Made by a program: the position numbers and the translations under genes. From IMG/VR virus record IMGVR_UViG_3300024999_000057, positions 1 to 64,000 of that record: 64,000 nucleotides of DNA, one strand, 5' to 3'. Below the pieces are notes generated by a model. That model worked only from the letters and a program-made list of their open reading frames with translations, was not told the DNA's origin and searched no databases. The DNA comes from a virus. Positions 26,201 through 36,800 of this stretch are shown piece by piece (the first letter of the stretch is position 1; each line of letters starts with the position of its first letter).

Positions 26201-27501
26201 AGGACATGATGACAATGAAGTCCGTGCAGCAGCGGATTACATTGCGGAAGGAAGAGGCGTGGACAGCAGAAGAGGTAAATAAACTCGACCAAGAGTTACT
26301 AAGTGAAACAATTAAAATGGGGGAGATGAAGACACACAACCTCACAAAAGACAACGAGGAAATCCAGCTTTGGATGAAGAAGACGGAGCGCACGGAAGCA
26401 ACCCGCGCTGAGTTCGAGAAGTACACGGCATTACATGATAACAACATAGTGGCGATGGAGGCACAGAACGCACTACTCGCAGAGCAGCGCGAGGAACTGA
26501 AGCGGATAGCTTCCCTTACAGATTCCATTCGCTTCAGTCAGGGTGTTCGTGGCGCGTTTCGGGAGCAGACAGACACTGGGGCGCTTAGTGAGCGGTTCGG
26601 CTCCGACATCACCAACTCAGCATTCAACGGAATCACAGGCACCCTCAGCAACACCCTCTCCACCTTCACGCTGCCCGATCAAGATGCCATTGACAGCATC
26701 AAGTCCAAGATCAACGAGTTGAATGTTCAGAAGGCACAGATCCAGGCCTCAATTAGTTCGATCACGTCGAAAGGCGAGTTCATGACCGGCGCCGACAAGT
26801 CCGCGTTGAATGAGCAGGCGTCTGGATTGGAGGCGGTTAATGCTTCTTTAAGAGAGCAGGAAAAGTTGTTAGATAAGCAGGGCAATGCTTGGTCTCGTTT
26901 TAAAGATGGGCTTGCTGAGACCATGAAGCTGATCCTGAAGACGCTGCAAGAATACATAATCAAGCTGATGGTTGTGGCTTTGGTTAAGAAGATCGCGGGT
27001 GTCGCCGCAGGGTCGGGCGGTGAGGGAACTATCCCCGCTATCGAAAACGTAGGTGGGCAGGATATTGCCACAGGCCTGGCTGCTACAGGAGCCACAGGCG
27101 GTTTGGTAGGCACCAACAGGATTGGCAAGAACCCCTTGATGGCCTTTGCGTCAGGTGGATTAGTCCCGATGATGCCTGGGGCTGACCCCAACAAAGACAG
27201 TGTTCATGCACTTCTGCAGCCAGGTGAATTTATTTTACCGGCGTCAGTAACCCGGAAGGTGGGTATCGGATTCCTTGAAAACCTCCGAGCACAGAAATTT
27301 GCAGAAGGGGGTTTGGTAGGCGGAACCAGCAGAGGCAAAGGTAGTTCAGGAGAAATCCCAGTCAATTTAACTTTGATCAACGTAGCTGACGTAAATAGCA
27401 TCCCGCAGCAGCCAGTGGATGCAAATCAGGTTATCAACATCGTTAGTTTTGACATCAACAAAAAAGGCACCATACACAGAACAATGAAGCTAGCAATATA
27501 A
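23239..27501 (+). CDS. Tape measure protein (TP901-type core)
   Basis: 1420 aa helical Ala-rich; C-terminal FASGG, DSVHALLQPGEFIL, FAEGG. Confidence 0.95.
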   Translation: MSQNEKLGIEINIDLGKAKEQIDRLNGLLAKLGQSPDAAQKSLEKLTARIEALGKATGLAPEKVKSLMKAFEDSSSFEKFFKNLGKFGEGTEKVLNAEKAMIRQRNKDLETAGNERMVLIRRQTQQELEERKRAVQQIQAQSSQQQLAWNAAARTQGAKYQGVQGGFVRSSVQAQNLNPEALAHIRAEATKMNAALSQSPKHVNVLNGALGKLTARIAEFYSIRGAMFAVTNQLQEATRSAISLNQAMYDIAAISGAPVDSVNVFSDAILKIAKNSRFTADEVSGLMKVLAQAGVKMEQLPAVSEAVGMFATATGSSPAVSADLTTTAMNVYGIAAENVARITNAMTAALNESKLSTEGLATAFNYLAPQAAQMGMSMEQTLGMIATQAQAGIEPSTIGTGLSQLIKDLAAPKPRLKKLLEVYGIDEESIDTTKHTLDEVADVFRNHNVRVQDLMAAMDTRVGRAMITSMTLGGDAFRLMTENVTGTNATMIAFDKSMQGAQARLNVIKQTFASTVVTLGQGGLGGALSMLTEGITSFVRGLASAPGQLLLVAAAIGGIVLAVKALSGSLVLLGIAASATGIGQLLGAVVLLGFAIGKLGDYLHKEEDAIKASNEALTKKRTITGEYVKLLNRAATENSSHNESMKEAAKLYREEGELALPKIAKLKGQSIKLSAELRTEITKFAEKHPEYLELLNKEKISLTELYNIKVRINKESQADDISRLNKANSIRRDISSSQSVLALYEQELVKSKNSGAYNPGRTKDDIQRDVDRMKKSIGELNLLRTETLKPVQMPYASDELGQVFPIFDKPKPEKPDKPPPSHAAEESGVDILKRVKNREEKNREELKQEALHQARLTGEAELQALQKAGDETKDKKLAVEKQLDEEYAARRKAERAAAFAQLAGDFGGSAQLNADGSYGITGYNKKKVTPAQVKLGLAEVEMTQKEQEKADQARKIKEQAEIAKMAEAKKDGHGPKSPNLIATRLEKQDMMTMKSVQQRITLRKEEAWTAEEVNKLDQELLSETIKMGEMKTHNLTKDNEEIQLWMKKTERTEATRAEFEKYTALHDNNIVAMEAQNALLAEQREELKRIASLTDSIRFSQGVRGAFREQTDTGALSERFGSDITNSAFNGITGTLSNTLSTFTLPDQDAIDSIKSKINELNVQKAQIQASISSITSKGEFMTGADKSALNEQASGLEAVNASLREQEKLLDKQGNAWSRFKDGLAETMKLILKTLQEYIIKLMVVALVKKIAGVAAGSGGEGTIPAIENVGGQDIATGLAATGATGGLVGTNRIGKNPLMAFASGGLVPMMPGADPNKDSVHALLQPGEFILPASVTRKVGIGFLENLRAQKFAEGGLVGGTSRGKGSSGEIPVNLTLINVADVNSIPQQPVDANQVINIVSFDINKKGTIHRTMKLAI

Positions 27502-27503
27502 TA

Positions 27504-28037
27504 ATGCGTACTCCAGAGGATCTAACAAATAAAACCTTCGGCAGACTTCTGGTGCTTAAAAGAGCGCCAAATAAAAACGGAAGAACCTGCTGGCTCTGCC
27601 TGTGTAACTGTGGGACTTTTAAGGAGGTGCGTGCTGCTAGCCTGAAAAGAGGCAGCACCACCTCCTGCGGTTGTAAGCGAAGAGAAAGGTTCCACGAATT
27701 GATGAAGCAAGGGACCTTGAAGGGACGCGGCGTCGAGCACATGAAATGGGCAGGTGCTATTAAATCAAGAGATGGGAAATCCTGTTTCCTCTGTGAGCAC
27801 CCAAATAAGTTAGCCGCCCACCACCTCTATTCCTACCACGCTCATCCTGAATTGAGAATCGAGTTAACCAACGGGATCACTTTATGTGATCAGTGCCACA
27901 AAGAATTCCACAAGATGTTCTCGTTCAAATTTAATAACCCTGAGCAATTTACTGAGTTCCGGGAATATTATTTTGACCGGATGTATTCAGAAACGGATTT
28001 GAATTCAGATTGGCATATTTCTTTCCAAGAAAATTGA
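27504..28037 (+). CDS. HNH homing endonuclease
   Basis: DLTNKTFGRL..WLCLCNCG..SCGC; AHHL..NGITLCDQCH. Confidence 0.9.
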   Translation: MRTPEDLTNKTFGRLLVLKRAPNKNGRTCWLCLCNCGTFKEVRAASLKRGSTTSCGCKRRERFHELMKQGTLKGRGVEHMKWAGAIKSRDGKSCFLCEHPNKLAAHHLYSYHAHPELRIELTNGITLCDQCHKEFHKMFSFKFNNPEQFTEFREYYFDRMYSETDLNSDWHISFQEN

Positions 28038-28064
28038 TACATAAGTGGCTTTTTCAAACCTATA
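28032..28064 (+). promoter_or_regulatory. Candidate phage late promoter copy 3
   Basis: AATTGATAC-N18-CCTATA upstream of tail-tip genes. Confidence 0.65.
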
Positions 28065-28105
28065 CCAATAGTGAAGCAGCTTTTTTTCTTACTTGAGGAG
28101 AACCC

Positions 28106-28513
28106 ATGCCAACCCCAGTTTTCCCTACAAATTATACAACGGCTGGTCTGCCCTCTACCACAGGGACGGACCACAGACTACCCAATCCCGCCCGACCATT
28201 AACCGAGGCAATCAAGGTTCCCTCAATCACTTTTCAGGCGGATTCGGGACATACCCAGCGCAGGGTAAAAAGCAACCCCATAAAAGTCTGGGATTGCAAC
28301 TACCTGGCGCTCTACGCGAACCAGGCGCTAGCAATCGAGACCTTCTTTCTTCAAATGTATGGCTCTGTCACCTCTTTCGATTGGTGGCACCCAGTGACCA
28401 AAACAAAATACCACGTCCGTTTCCAGTCGGACACGCTCGAAAAAAAGTACATCGAGCACGGACCCAAAGGTCCCATATACACGCTCTCGTTTAAGCTGGA
28501 GCAGACGTGGTAG
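28106..28513 (+). CDS. Distal tail protein (lambda gpM-like)
   Basis: DSGHTQR, IETFF..GSVTSFDWWHP, LSFKLEQ. Confidence 0.8.
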   Translation: MPTPVFPTNYTTAGLPSTTGTDHRLPNPARPLTEAIKVPSITFQADSGHTQRRVKSNPIKVWDCNYLALYANQALAIETFFLQMYGSVTSFDWWHPVTKTKYHVRFQSDTLEKKYIEHGPKGPIYTLSFKLEQTW

Positions 28514-28848
28514 TTCCTGTTGATCCTGAAGTCCTATCAAACCTTCAGAAAGAATGCACCAAATCGAATAAAGAAATCTGCGGAATTATCAGCACAAACC
28601 AAGAAGTCTTCTTCATCCCCAACATCTCCAAAACCCCGAGCAACTCCTTCCTGATGGACCAAGCACAGTACTTCCGGACCCTGAATTCCCTCTCCCGTTC
28701 AGGCCTTGGAGTACTGTGCCTTTTCCACACTCATCCTGGAGCTTCACCGGAGCCCTCGGAGAAGGACTTGGAGTTTATGAAGAAATCTGTCTATGCGATG
28801 CTGATTGTTTCGTCTACCTCTTGGAGGTACTTAGATGGCCCGGATTAA
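28507..28848 (+). CDS. JAB/JAMM (Mov34) metalloprotease
   Basis: EICGII...FHTHP...PSEKD. Confidence 0.88.
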   Translation: MVVPVDPEVLSNLQKECTKSNKEICGIISTNQEVFFIPNISKTPSNSFLMDQAQYFRTLNSLSRSGLGVLCLFHTHPGASPEPSEKDLEFMKKSVYAMLIVSSTSWRYLDGPD

Positions 28849-29800
28849 TCACCCGCTTTTCCAGAAGAAAACCACCGAATCTTCACAAGGCAAACTTCTT
28901 CATCTGATAGAAATTGAAATCCCTGACAATCCTACTTTAAGGATCGTGGATAGCAACTGCGACATCTCGTTCGGTTCGGTGGTTTATTCTAAATTCCCGG
29001 TTCAATATTCCGGAACTACGATGTCCTCTGACGGCTCCATCGACAAAGCCACGCTGACCGTAGCGAACCCAGGTAGGGTTTTTCAGTACTACGTGAACGA
29101 CTTCAAAGCTTTGAGAGGAACCAGAGTCTCGGTTAAAACCACCTATGAATCCTTCGCGGATTTTACCTACACGTTTGGGGCCGATGGCTCGGTCACTCCG
29201 CAGGCAAACACTGATCCAGGCCCGGATTCAACAGCCTACATCGAGGACGCCTTCGTGGTGGACAGCTACACCTCCAACGAAACCTCGATTGTCTTCAACC
29301 TGGACCCGATTGTTGACTTCAATATTCGGCTTCCTCGGGTTGCCTTCAACTCCAACGTATGTCGATTCAGGTACAAAGATCCCCGGACCTGCATGTACTC
29401 TGGGAATCTAGCAACCTGCAAGAAGACGTTGGATGACTGCAAGCTTCATTTATTTGAAGTGGCTGATGCAGGAAGTACTACGATTGCTGCAGGGAGTTCT
29501 ATAGCGACTGTCACAAATCTGGTGACTCCGCGTGCAGGCGATTTTCTAACAATTGGATCGGAAGTATTTGAAATCGAAGGAGTTATTGAAGGTTCTCCAC
29601 TAACCAACCAGCCTACCTCGACCACGACTGATGGGCACAAAGTGGTCTACAAAAGGATTGTGTATCAAGGGGTTAGTATTCAATTGGCTTCTGTTTCTAC
29701 TTTAGGCACTTCAGGTATTGGGAAAATCGGTAGAGGAAATCACGAACGATACGGTGGATTTCCTGGGGTTCCCTCAGGAGTTCGAAGGATCAGGCTGTGA
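28835..29800 (+). CDS. Minor tail protein (lambda gpL-like) with inserted beta domain
   Basis: CRFRYK..C.Y..CKKTLDDC Cys cluster; terminal YGGFPG. Confidence 0.85.
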   Translation: MARINHPLFQKKTTESSQGKLLHLIEIEIPDNPTLRIVDSNCDISFGSVVYSKFPVQYSGTTMSSDGSIDKATLTVANPGRVFQYYVNDFKALRGTRVSVKTTYESFADFTYTFGADGSVTPQANTDPGPDSTAYIEDAFVVDSYTSNETSIVFNLDPIVDFNIRLPRVAFNSNVCRFRYKDPRTCMYSGNLATCKKTLDDCKLHLFEVADAGSTTIAAGSSIATVTNLVTPRAGDFLTIGSEVFEIEGVIEGSPLTNQPTSTTTDGHKVVYKRIVYQGVSIQLASVSTLGTSGIGKIGRGNHERYGGFPGVPSGVRRIRL

Positions 29801-30171
29801 GGTTTTTAGCCTATCTTCAGATCCCCTACTGCCATAAAAAGTCGGACTGCTTCAGCCTGGTCAGGAAATTTTATGAAAATGAATTTCAAATTGAACTCCC
29901 TGACTTCGACTACGAGGAAAATTGGCACGACTCAGATCCGGATCTGATTTTCTTGAAAGCTAGTGAATTTGGATTTTTTGAAATTTCTGGTTTACCTGAA
30001 TTTGGCGACGTTCTGGTTTTGAAACACCGAGGGCTCCCAACTCATTTGGGCGTCGTAATCGACAAAGGGGATTTCCTCCACACAACTCTAAAAGGCACTG
30101 CCTGTCATTCACACGTTAGCGGGTTTTGGGCTGACAAGATTTGTGCAGTCCTCAGGTACAAAAAGGACTGA
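29797..30171 (+). CDS. NlpC/P60 tail assembly protein (gpK C-domain-like)
   Basis: DCFSLVR...HLGV...FLH. Confidence 0.85.
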   Translation: MRFLAYLQIPYCHKKSDCFSLVRKFYENEFQIELPDFDYEENWHDSDPDLIFLKASEFGFFEISGLPEFGDVLVLKHRGLPTHLGVVIDKGDFLHTTLKGTACHSHVSGFWADKICAVLRYKKD

Positions 30172-30174
30172 ACC

Positions 30175-33100
30175 GTGAAAATACTTCTGGATAAAGAACT
30201 GATTCGCTACACCTCGCTTCAGGATGAAGTAGAAGTCTCAGGCACAACCGTGGTTGATGCCTTAGAAGACCTTTTTGGTAAATTCCCGCAGTTCCTGGTT
30301 TTCCTCACGGTGTATAAAGGCGCCGAAGCCGAGAAGACCTCGATCAAACTGAACGGCGAATACCTGTTCGATCCGAAGGACCTTCATCGGGTTGTTTGCG
30401 CTGAGGATGTTATTGAGTTTGGTAGGGATGTCCCTGAGGGTGAGAAGGGTGGGCTACAGATTTTAGCTGCGGTGGTTATTGCAGCAGTCAACACCTTGAC
30501 CATCAAGAATCCCTATGTATATCAGTTTGCTATAGCACTAGCCATCGGAGGTGCTGCCGACTTAATAATCGGCTCCCCCAAGCTCCCTACATTCGACTCA
30601 GGCAACTCCACCTCAGCCACCTACACCTTCTCTGGAATCAAGAATACGACGGTCTCCGGAACCCCGATCCCGATTGTCTACGGCAGGCACCGGGTTGGCG
30701 GGCACGTCCTGAACGCTTACGTGGATGTTCTAGGCAAGTACAGTTATCTTTATGTCCTGCTTGGTATTGCAGCAGGACCAATAAATAAGATTGAGCCTGA
30801 CAGCTTCGAAATCAATGAGCGTAAAGCAAACAATTTTCAGGACATAGCATTTTACTATAGAAAGGGGAATCAGTTTAATCTGCCTCCTTCGGACAACCCA
30901 CTCATACAACCAAAGGAAGTGAAGTTCCTAGAGGAAGTGCCCTATACAAGTTTTGATGGTACCTATCATAAATTTGTATTACCCAACGCAGGAGATGTAG
31001 ATGAGGTCTCTTTCGCGGTGTCCTACTGGGGAGGTACGTTTACCGCGCACATAGGTATATACAACTACAACGAGACTATTTTACTATATGAGACTACCAG
31101 TTCACTTTATAATTATGATAACCGAGTATGTTACTATGTTAATCACAATTTCGGAAGTATTCTTTCTGGTAATTTAGTAGTAAAAACTCGACTGGAACTT
31201 ACTGCGGTATACACACCAGAAGATGCAAAGATAATTGATTACGTGAGCGTTAACACTTCGGAAACTACCCTAGATAATTTAGCAGTAATGAAGGGGTTCA
31301 ACCAGATAGAGAATTCAATTAGCTTCAACCAGCTTATCCCTGACGAAGACCCTGACAACCAAAACATTGGAGCCATAGTCTCCACAGAAACTCCTGTGGA
31401 ATCTGTTAAAATTAGATTGAATGCGCTAGGTTTCTACTCGAAAAGCGGCAATGAGCACGCCGAGGTCCAATTTAAGGTCTACACCAAACAAAGCAATGCG
31501 ACTGACTGGAGCCTCTACAACTTCGCGGCAAATAAAGAGTCTGGGGTAGAAGATAAGGATTGGGACTACTTCAAAACTGACAAGCCATCCAAAACTGAAG
31601 TCTCCGTAGCGAGAACCATCACCCTACCCAGCATCGACTACTACGACATCAAGATCGTTAGAGTAACCCCGAGGAACGCTTCAGACATTACGATCTCAGA
31701 CGACATCTACTTAGCCGACCTTATAGAGATATCATCGGAAGGCTTGGCTTACCCTTGGGTCGCACTATTAGGAGCCAGGATCAGAGCTACGGATCAAATC
31801 TCAGGGAGCCTCCCCACGATCACGTCGATCATCGAAGGCTCCTGTGTGTCTCTGCCGACAGGCTACGTCAGCAAGTACGACCCTCTGACCAACCGCTCGA
31901 TCCGCTACTGGGAAGACACTTGGGATGGCACCATGAGCACCGATTCCGACCCCGATAACGTCATCTGGACCGACTCCCCCATCTGGTGCCTCTGGGACCT
32001 CTTGACCAACCCGATTCACGGCCTCAACGAGCATTTTAGTATTAAGCCGGAAAAGAAGAATCTGGTTCTGGCTAACCTAGTGCAGATGAGTTACTACTGC
32101 GACCAATATTTGTTTGAGGACGGTACGGTTGCTGCCTCCTACAACGAGGTCGATGATGAAGATGTGTTTCCTCGGGTAAGGTATTCGCTGAACCTGGTCA
32201 TCGACCAAAGCAAGTCAGCGAGAGAATGGGTCAACGTTATTTGCGCCTCGATGAACGCGTTGCTCTTCCAAGCAGATGGGATGGTCTACCTCGATGTAGA
32301 CCAGCCGAAGAACATCACGCAGATTTTCAACATGAGCAACATCAAGGATTATTCGCAGAGTTGTGCTTCGCTCAGAGCGATCCCCAATACTTACGAGGTT
32401 AGCTTTTACAACAAGGACAAGGACTACGATCAAGATTCGTTCTTGGTTGAGACTCCTGAGTACCAAGCAAGTGACTTAACCACAGAAGAACGCAAGCAGA
32501 CCCTGAGTTATATCGGGGTCACCGACGAGCGCCAGGTTAGAAATCTTTTGTTTAGGACGATGAACGTAGCGAGCAACACCGGGACCATCGTTAGTTTTAA
32601 GACCGGCACGGAAGGCCTGATGAGCACCGTATTTTCCGTGGTAGGCGTTCAACACGACGTACCCCAATGGGGCTCGGGTGGGCTTATTCAGGAAGTGGAA
32701 GATGCCGGATCTTCCTGGCTGGTCACCTTGAGTGATTCCTTCGTCTACACCTTACTTGAAGGAGATAACCTCTGGGGCCAATTGGCAATCAGCATCTCGA
32801 ACGCAGGAAAGGTTCCAGTTGAAATCGGAGTGGTTGAGCCTGGGGTTAACGGGACATATTCAGAAGTGAATATTTCTAAGACCTACGTGGATTCTGAGGG
32901 AGCAACCCAGAACTTCACTCCTGTAGTCGGAGCAACATACATCTTGGGCCAAGTCACCAACACGGTGAAACCATTCAAGATTCTGAATCTTAAAAGGGAC
33001 TCAGACGAGCTTACCGAAGTCACAGCCGTTGAATACTTAGAAGACGCTTACTCGGATGACGTCACTAACATGCCGGTCGTGGCAATGCCTTCGTTCAGCC

Positions 33101-33846
33101 AATTACCTCCCGTGGAGAAATCTTCTGTCACATCAGTCGTGGCTGAAGAGACCATCTACGTGGATACCACAGGAAACCTGAAGACCGGAGCCACGGTTTA
33201 CTACGCAGTTCAAAACAACCTCCTCTGGACAGGCTGCATCGTCTACTACGGGATCGCAGGTAATTACTCACTGACTCCTGTGGATAAAACCGGAATCGTG
33301 TTCATCCCGGAAATCTCTGAGGAAGGCGACTACGATTTCATCTGCATATCCCTTTACTCAGACGGGACCAGGCAAACCGTAGCAGATGCTCTGGCAGATC
33401 CCAAGCAGCCCTATACCTCCCTCCATCTCACGCCCTACGTGGAAAACACGGAGTTCCTTAAAGGAGTCTCTGGGCTTCAGTTGGTAGGCCAAGGGAACGA
33501 CTCTGAATTCGTAGGCAAAGACGCCAAGTTCACTTGGAAGAGGCCATCGGCTACTGACTTCGGGCTCAACTCGATTGCCTCAGATAATCCTCTGGGCGTT
33601 CAAAACGCCGACAGTTGGCTTAGAGAGTACCAAATTACCGTTAAGAACACGGACGGCTCGATTAGGCACACTACAAAGGTATATGCAGAGGCATACGATT
33701 ACAAATATGAGCAGAACTATGTGGACGGCTCAGGCAGACCTACTAGATCATTTTCGATAATTGTAGTTGCTGTCGATAGACTAGGTAGATCCAGTAAACC
33801 AGTTAGTATTACTGTCAATAATCCAGCGCCTGCTATATTAACCTAA
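30175..33846 (+). CDS. Tail tip protein: ubiquitin-like/gpI region fused to gpJ-like hub
   Basis: GTTVVDAL..L..KFP Ubl fold; YTFSGIKNT..GTPIPIVYGRHRVGG; WTDSPIWCLWDLLTNP; EVTAVEY. Confidence 0.9.
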   Translation: MKILLDKELIRYTSLQDEVEVSGTTVVDALEDLFGKFPQFLVFLTVYKGAEAEKTSIKLNGEYLFDPKDLHRVVCAEDVIEFGRDVPEGEKGGLQILAAVVIAAVNTLTIKNPYVYQFAIALAIGGAADLIIGSPKLPTFDSGNSTSATYTFSGIKNTTVSGTPIPIVYGRHRVGGHVLNAYVDVLGKYSYLYVLLGIAAGPINKIEPDSFEINERKANNFQDIAFYYRKGNQFNLPPSDNPLIQPKEVKFLEEVPYTSFDGTYHKFVLPNAGDVDEVSFAVSYWGGTFTAHIGIYNYNETILLYETTSSLYNYDNRVCYYVNHNFGSILSGNLVVKTRLELTAVYTPEDAKIIDYVSVNTSETTLDNLAVMKGFNQIENSISFNQLIPDEDPDNQNIGAIVSTETPVESVKIRLNALGFYSKSGNEHAEVQFKVYTKQSNATDWSLYNFAANKESGVEDKDWDYFKTDKPSKTEVSVARTITLPSIDYYDIKIVRVTPRNASDITISDDIYLADLIEISSEGLAYPWVALLGARIRATDQISGSLPTITSIIEGSCVSLPTGYVSKYDPLTNRSIRYWEDTWDGTMSTDSDPDNVIWTDSPIWCLWDLLTNPIHGLNEHFSIKPEKKNLVLANLVQMSYYCDQYLFEDGTVAASYNEVDDEDVFPRVRYSLNLVIDQSKSAREWVNVICASMNALLFQADGMVYLDVDQPKNITQIFNMSNIKDYSQSCASLRAIPNTYEVSFYNKDKDYDQDSFLVETPEYQASDLTTEERKQTLSYIGVTDERQVRNLLFRTMNVASNTGTIVSFKTGTEGLMSTVFSVVGVQHDVPQWGSGGLIQEVEDAGSSWLVTLSDSFVYTLLEGDNLWGQLAISISNAGKVPVEIGVVEPGVNGTYSEVNISKTYVDSEGATQNFTPVVGATYILGQVTNTVKPFKILNLKRDSDELTEVTAVEYLEDAYSDDVTNMPVVAMPSFSQLPPVEKSSVTSVVAEETIYVDTTGNLKTGATVYYAVQNNLLWTGCIVYYGIAGNYSLTPVDKTGIVFIPEISEEGDYDFICISLYSDGTRQTVADALADPKQPYTSLHLTPYVENTEFLKGVSGLQLVGQGNDSEFVGKDAKFTWKRPSATDFGLNSIASDNPLGVQNADSWLREYQITVKNTDGSIRHTTKVYAEAYDYKYEQNYVDGSGRPTRSFSIIVVAVDRLGRSSKPVSITVNNPAPAILT

Positions 33847-33856
33847 AGGAGCATTT

Positions 33857-36800
33857 GTGATAGAACTAAATGCTGGAATTAAATTCTTCACTATTTCATT
33901 TTTACCATCAGTAGAAATGGATGTTGTTGGGTACACCATTCATGCAGTACATCAGGACGACTTGGTAAATGGTGATTTTGTACCCAGTGCTTCTACTCAG
34001 ATTAACGCAGGGCCTGAAACTACTTTTACTTACAAAGTATCTCAAGCTGGAACCTACTTTGTTAGAGCAGCCGCCTACGATTCATTTGAGGACACCAAAA
34101 ATATTAACTATAGTTCCCTCAATTGGACACCATTATATTCAGTTGCCGTTTCAAGTTTAGACCCTCTTGACTTGGTAGCTCCTGACACACCTACAGGTTT
34201 AACCTTAGACACTGGCTTAGATACCACGCAGGCTATCCAAGATACCACATTTATTACAGCTACTTGGAGTCAACCAGCAGACCCTACAGTAGACCTAGCG
34301 GGGTATTCAGTTCAACTCAAGAAGGGTGCTGAGGTTGACTATATTGAAACTGCTATAAACGGCAAGGACACCCTGACTACTAAATTTAGCGGGCTTGTGG
34401 CTAATACTAGTTACAGCGTCAGGGTGTCTGCCTACGATAAATGGGGTAACATCTCGGCGTACTCCCCCTGGGTGGCTATAACTACGACTAAGGACGAAAC
34501 TATACCAAATGATGTAGTTCTGTCTTCAGTTACTTCTGCCTTTAAAAATGTGTTCATCAGTTGGGTAGCATCTACTGACACCGATATCAATTACTACCAG
34601 ATAGACGTAGCGACTAACTCAGGATTTACCGTAGGGCTTCGTTCCTTTAACGTTACAGGGACAAGCCTAACCGTAGACGCTGTTTCTGGCTCAACTTACT
34701 ACGTAAGGGCCAAAGCTGTAGACTTCTCAGGTAACGTTTCAGTTAACTACAGCAACGTGCTGAACACAACCGCAGCGTTAGTTTCGGGTATAGATATAGC
34801 CGCCTTAACTTTGACAGCAAGTAATATCGCAAATGGAGAGATAGATTTAGGTGGAAGTAAAATAACCGGATTGCTGGCTAATGCAAATTTAGCTCAAATT
34901 ACTGACGCAACTAAGATTGCAGACAGCCTGATAATTACAAGTAAAATCGCAGACGCAGCAATACTAAGTACTAAGTTAGCGGCAGGAGCAGTAGACAATA
35001 CCAAAATTGCAGATGGAGCTATTAGCGCGGCTAAAGTGGCAGCCAGTGCTATAGACGCAACCAAGACCAGCATAGCCGCCATAAATAGCAGCACAGGTAA
35101 TCTTAATGCAGGCACTGTGTCCGCTTCGAATTTAGTCGCTAATGCAGTTACCGCCACCGCGATAGCAGCGAGCGCCGTGACCGCAGCAAAACTTAGTGTT
35201 GCCGCGATAGACCCCGCTTCCGGAAACCTAGCCGCTAACAGTGTAACCGCAGGTACAATTGCCGCAGGCACTATTGTTGCTGCTGACATAGCGGCTGACA
35301 CAATTACCGCAAGTAACATTGCTGCAGGGGCCATAGGCGCAACTGAAATTGCAGCGGGAGCCATAACAGCAGGTAAAATCGCAGCGGGGGCTATTGTTGC
35401 TGCTGACATAGCTGCCGACACAATTACCGCAAGTAACATTGCAGCGGGGGCTATCACAGCAGCGGAGTTATCCACTAATAGTGTTGTGGCTGGTAAGATA
35501 GCAGCCAATACCCTGACTGTAGGCGACGGGGTAATGGCTAACGCTTATATCACTTCTGCCCTTATTGCCAATCTTGCAGTAGGTTCAGCACAAATCCAGG
35601 ACGCCGCCATTACTAATGCTAAGATTGGAGCCCTCGCAGTAGGTTCAGCACAAATTCAAGATGCCGCCATTACTAATGCTAAAATAGGAACTTTGGCAGT
35701 AAATACGAGTAACATAGTGGATGCTGCCATAAGTACAGCTAAAATTGCAAACCTAGCAGTAGACGTAGGTAAAATTGCAGACGCCACTATTACAGATGCT
35801 AAGATAGCCAACGCTACGATTACCTCAGCTAAAATTAATGACCTATCCGCAGGTAAAATTACTACAGGGACTTTGGCTGCAACCTCAGTTATAGCTGTAG
35901 GGGATGATAGGGTTAAAATTGACGGAACGAATAAACGAATCACAGTTAACGATGGGACTTACGACAGGGTTATTTTAGGTAATACTGGAGCAGGATCTTA
36001 TGGCCTAGTCATAAATAACGCAGCAGGGCAATCCATATTTCACACAGATGGAAACATTGACGGAACTAAGATAGCAAACTTAGCTGTTACCGGTAGCGTA
36101 GCGGTAGGAGGCTCGGTGACAATCGGAGGCGCTACCCTTACGTTTACTGCACCTAATCCCGCAGGTATTGGTGCTGTGGCTGTTGACTTGAGCAACGCTC
36201 CCACAAGTATTTTGAACAGTAGCGTGACTGCGGACACGCTGAGTGTTGTTAAGACAGACGCCTCCAACGCCCCGTCAAGCATCCTCAACAGCAGCATCTC
36301 AATCAGTTCCACTGGGGTTTTGTCCGGAGGCGGCGGCGGGACCGTTACTTTATCAGGGTTGGGCTACACGATTCCCACCTACAATCTGATTACAGGAGGA
36401 CCTCCGGTTACCGCAGACAACACCAGTTCCATCTTAAGTAATGAAAGTGGGCAGGTGGGCACCTTAACACTGAACGCAGCCCTGACCATCAACTCCCTCC
36501 TGACCATCTCAGGAAGTGCCGCAGGAATAACTTCCGGGCTGGCAAGTTATTCTTCTGATGGTACCGGCTTCTGGATCAGCAAGGACACAAGCAACTCGCG
36601 AATGCGCGTGGGCACTGTGAGCGGTGGAGTTCTGACCAACGGGTTCGTTTGGGATGGGACTGCGTTTAAAGTGAGGGGGGCACTGAACGCAGATGATATG
36701 ACAGCCGGTACACTAAATGTTGATGATTTAGTCGCTCCCAACTCTATCATCAATCCGGAGTCTGCATACACGCCTGACGCAGTAATAATAACAACCGAAG

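Noticed and set aside
27985-28016. Additional 14-bp motif copies (also 46277, 58406)
   Set aside because: Three or more mismatches; not distinguishable from chance.
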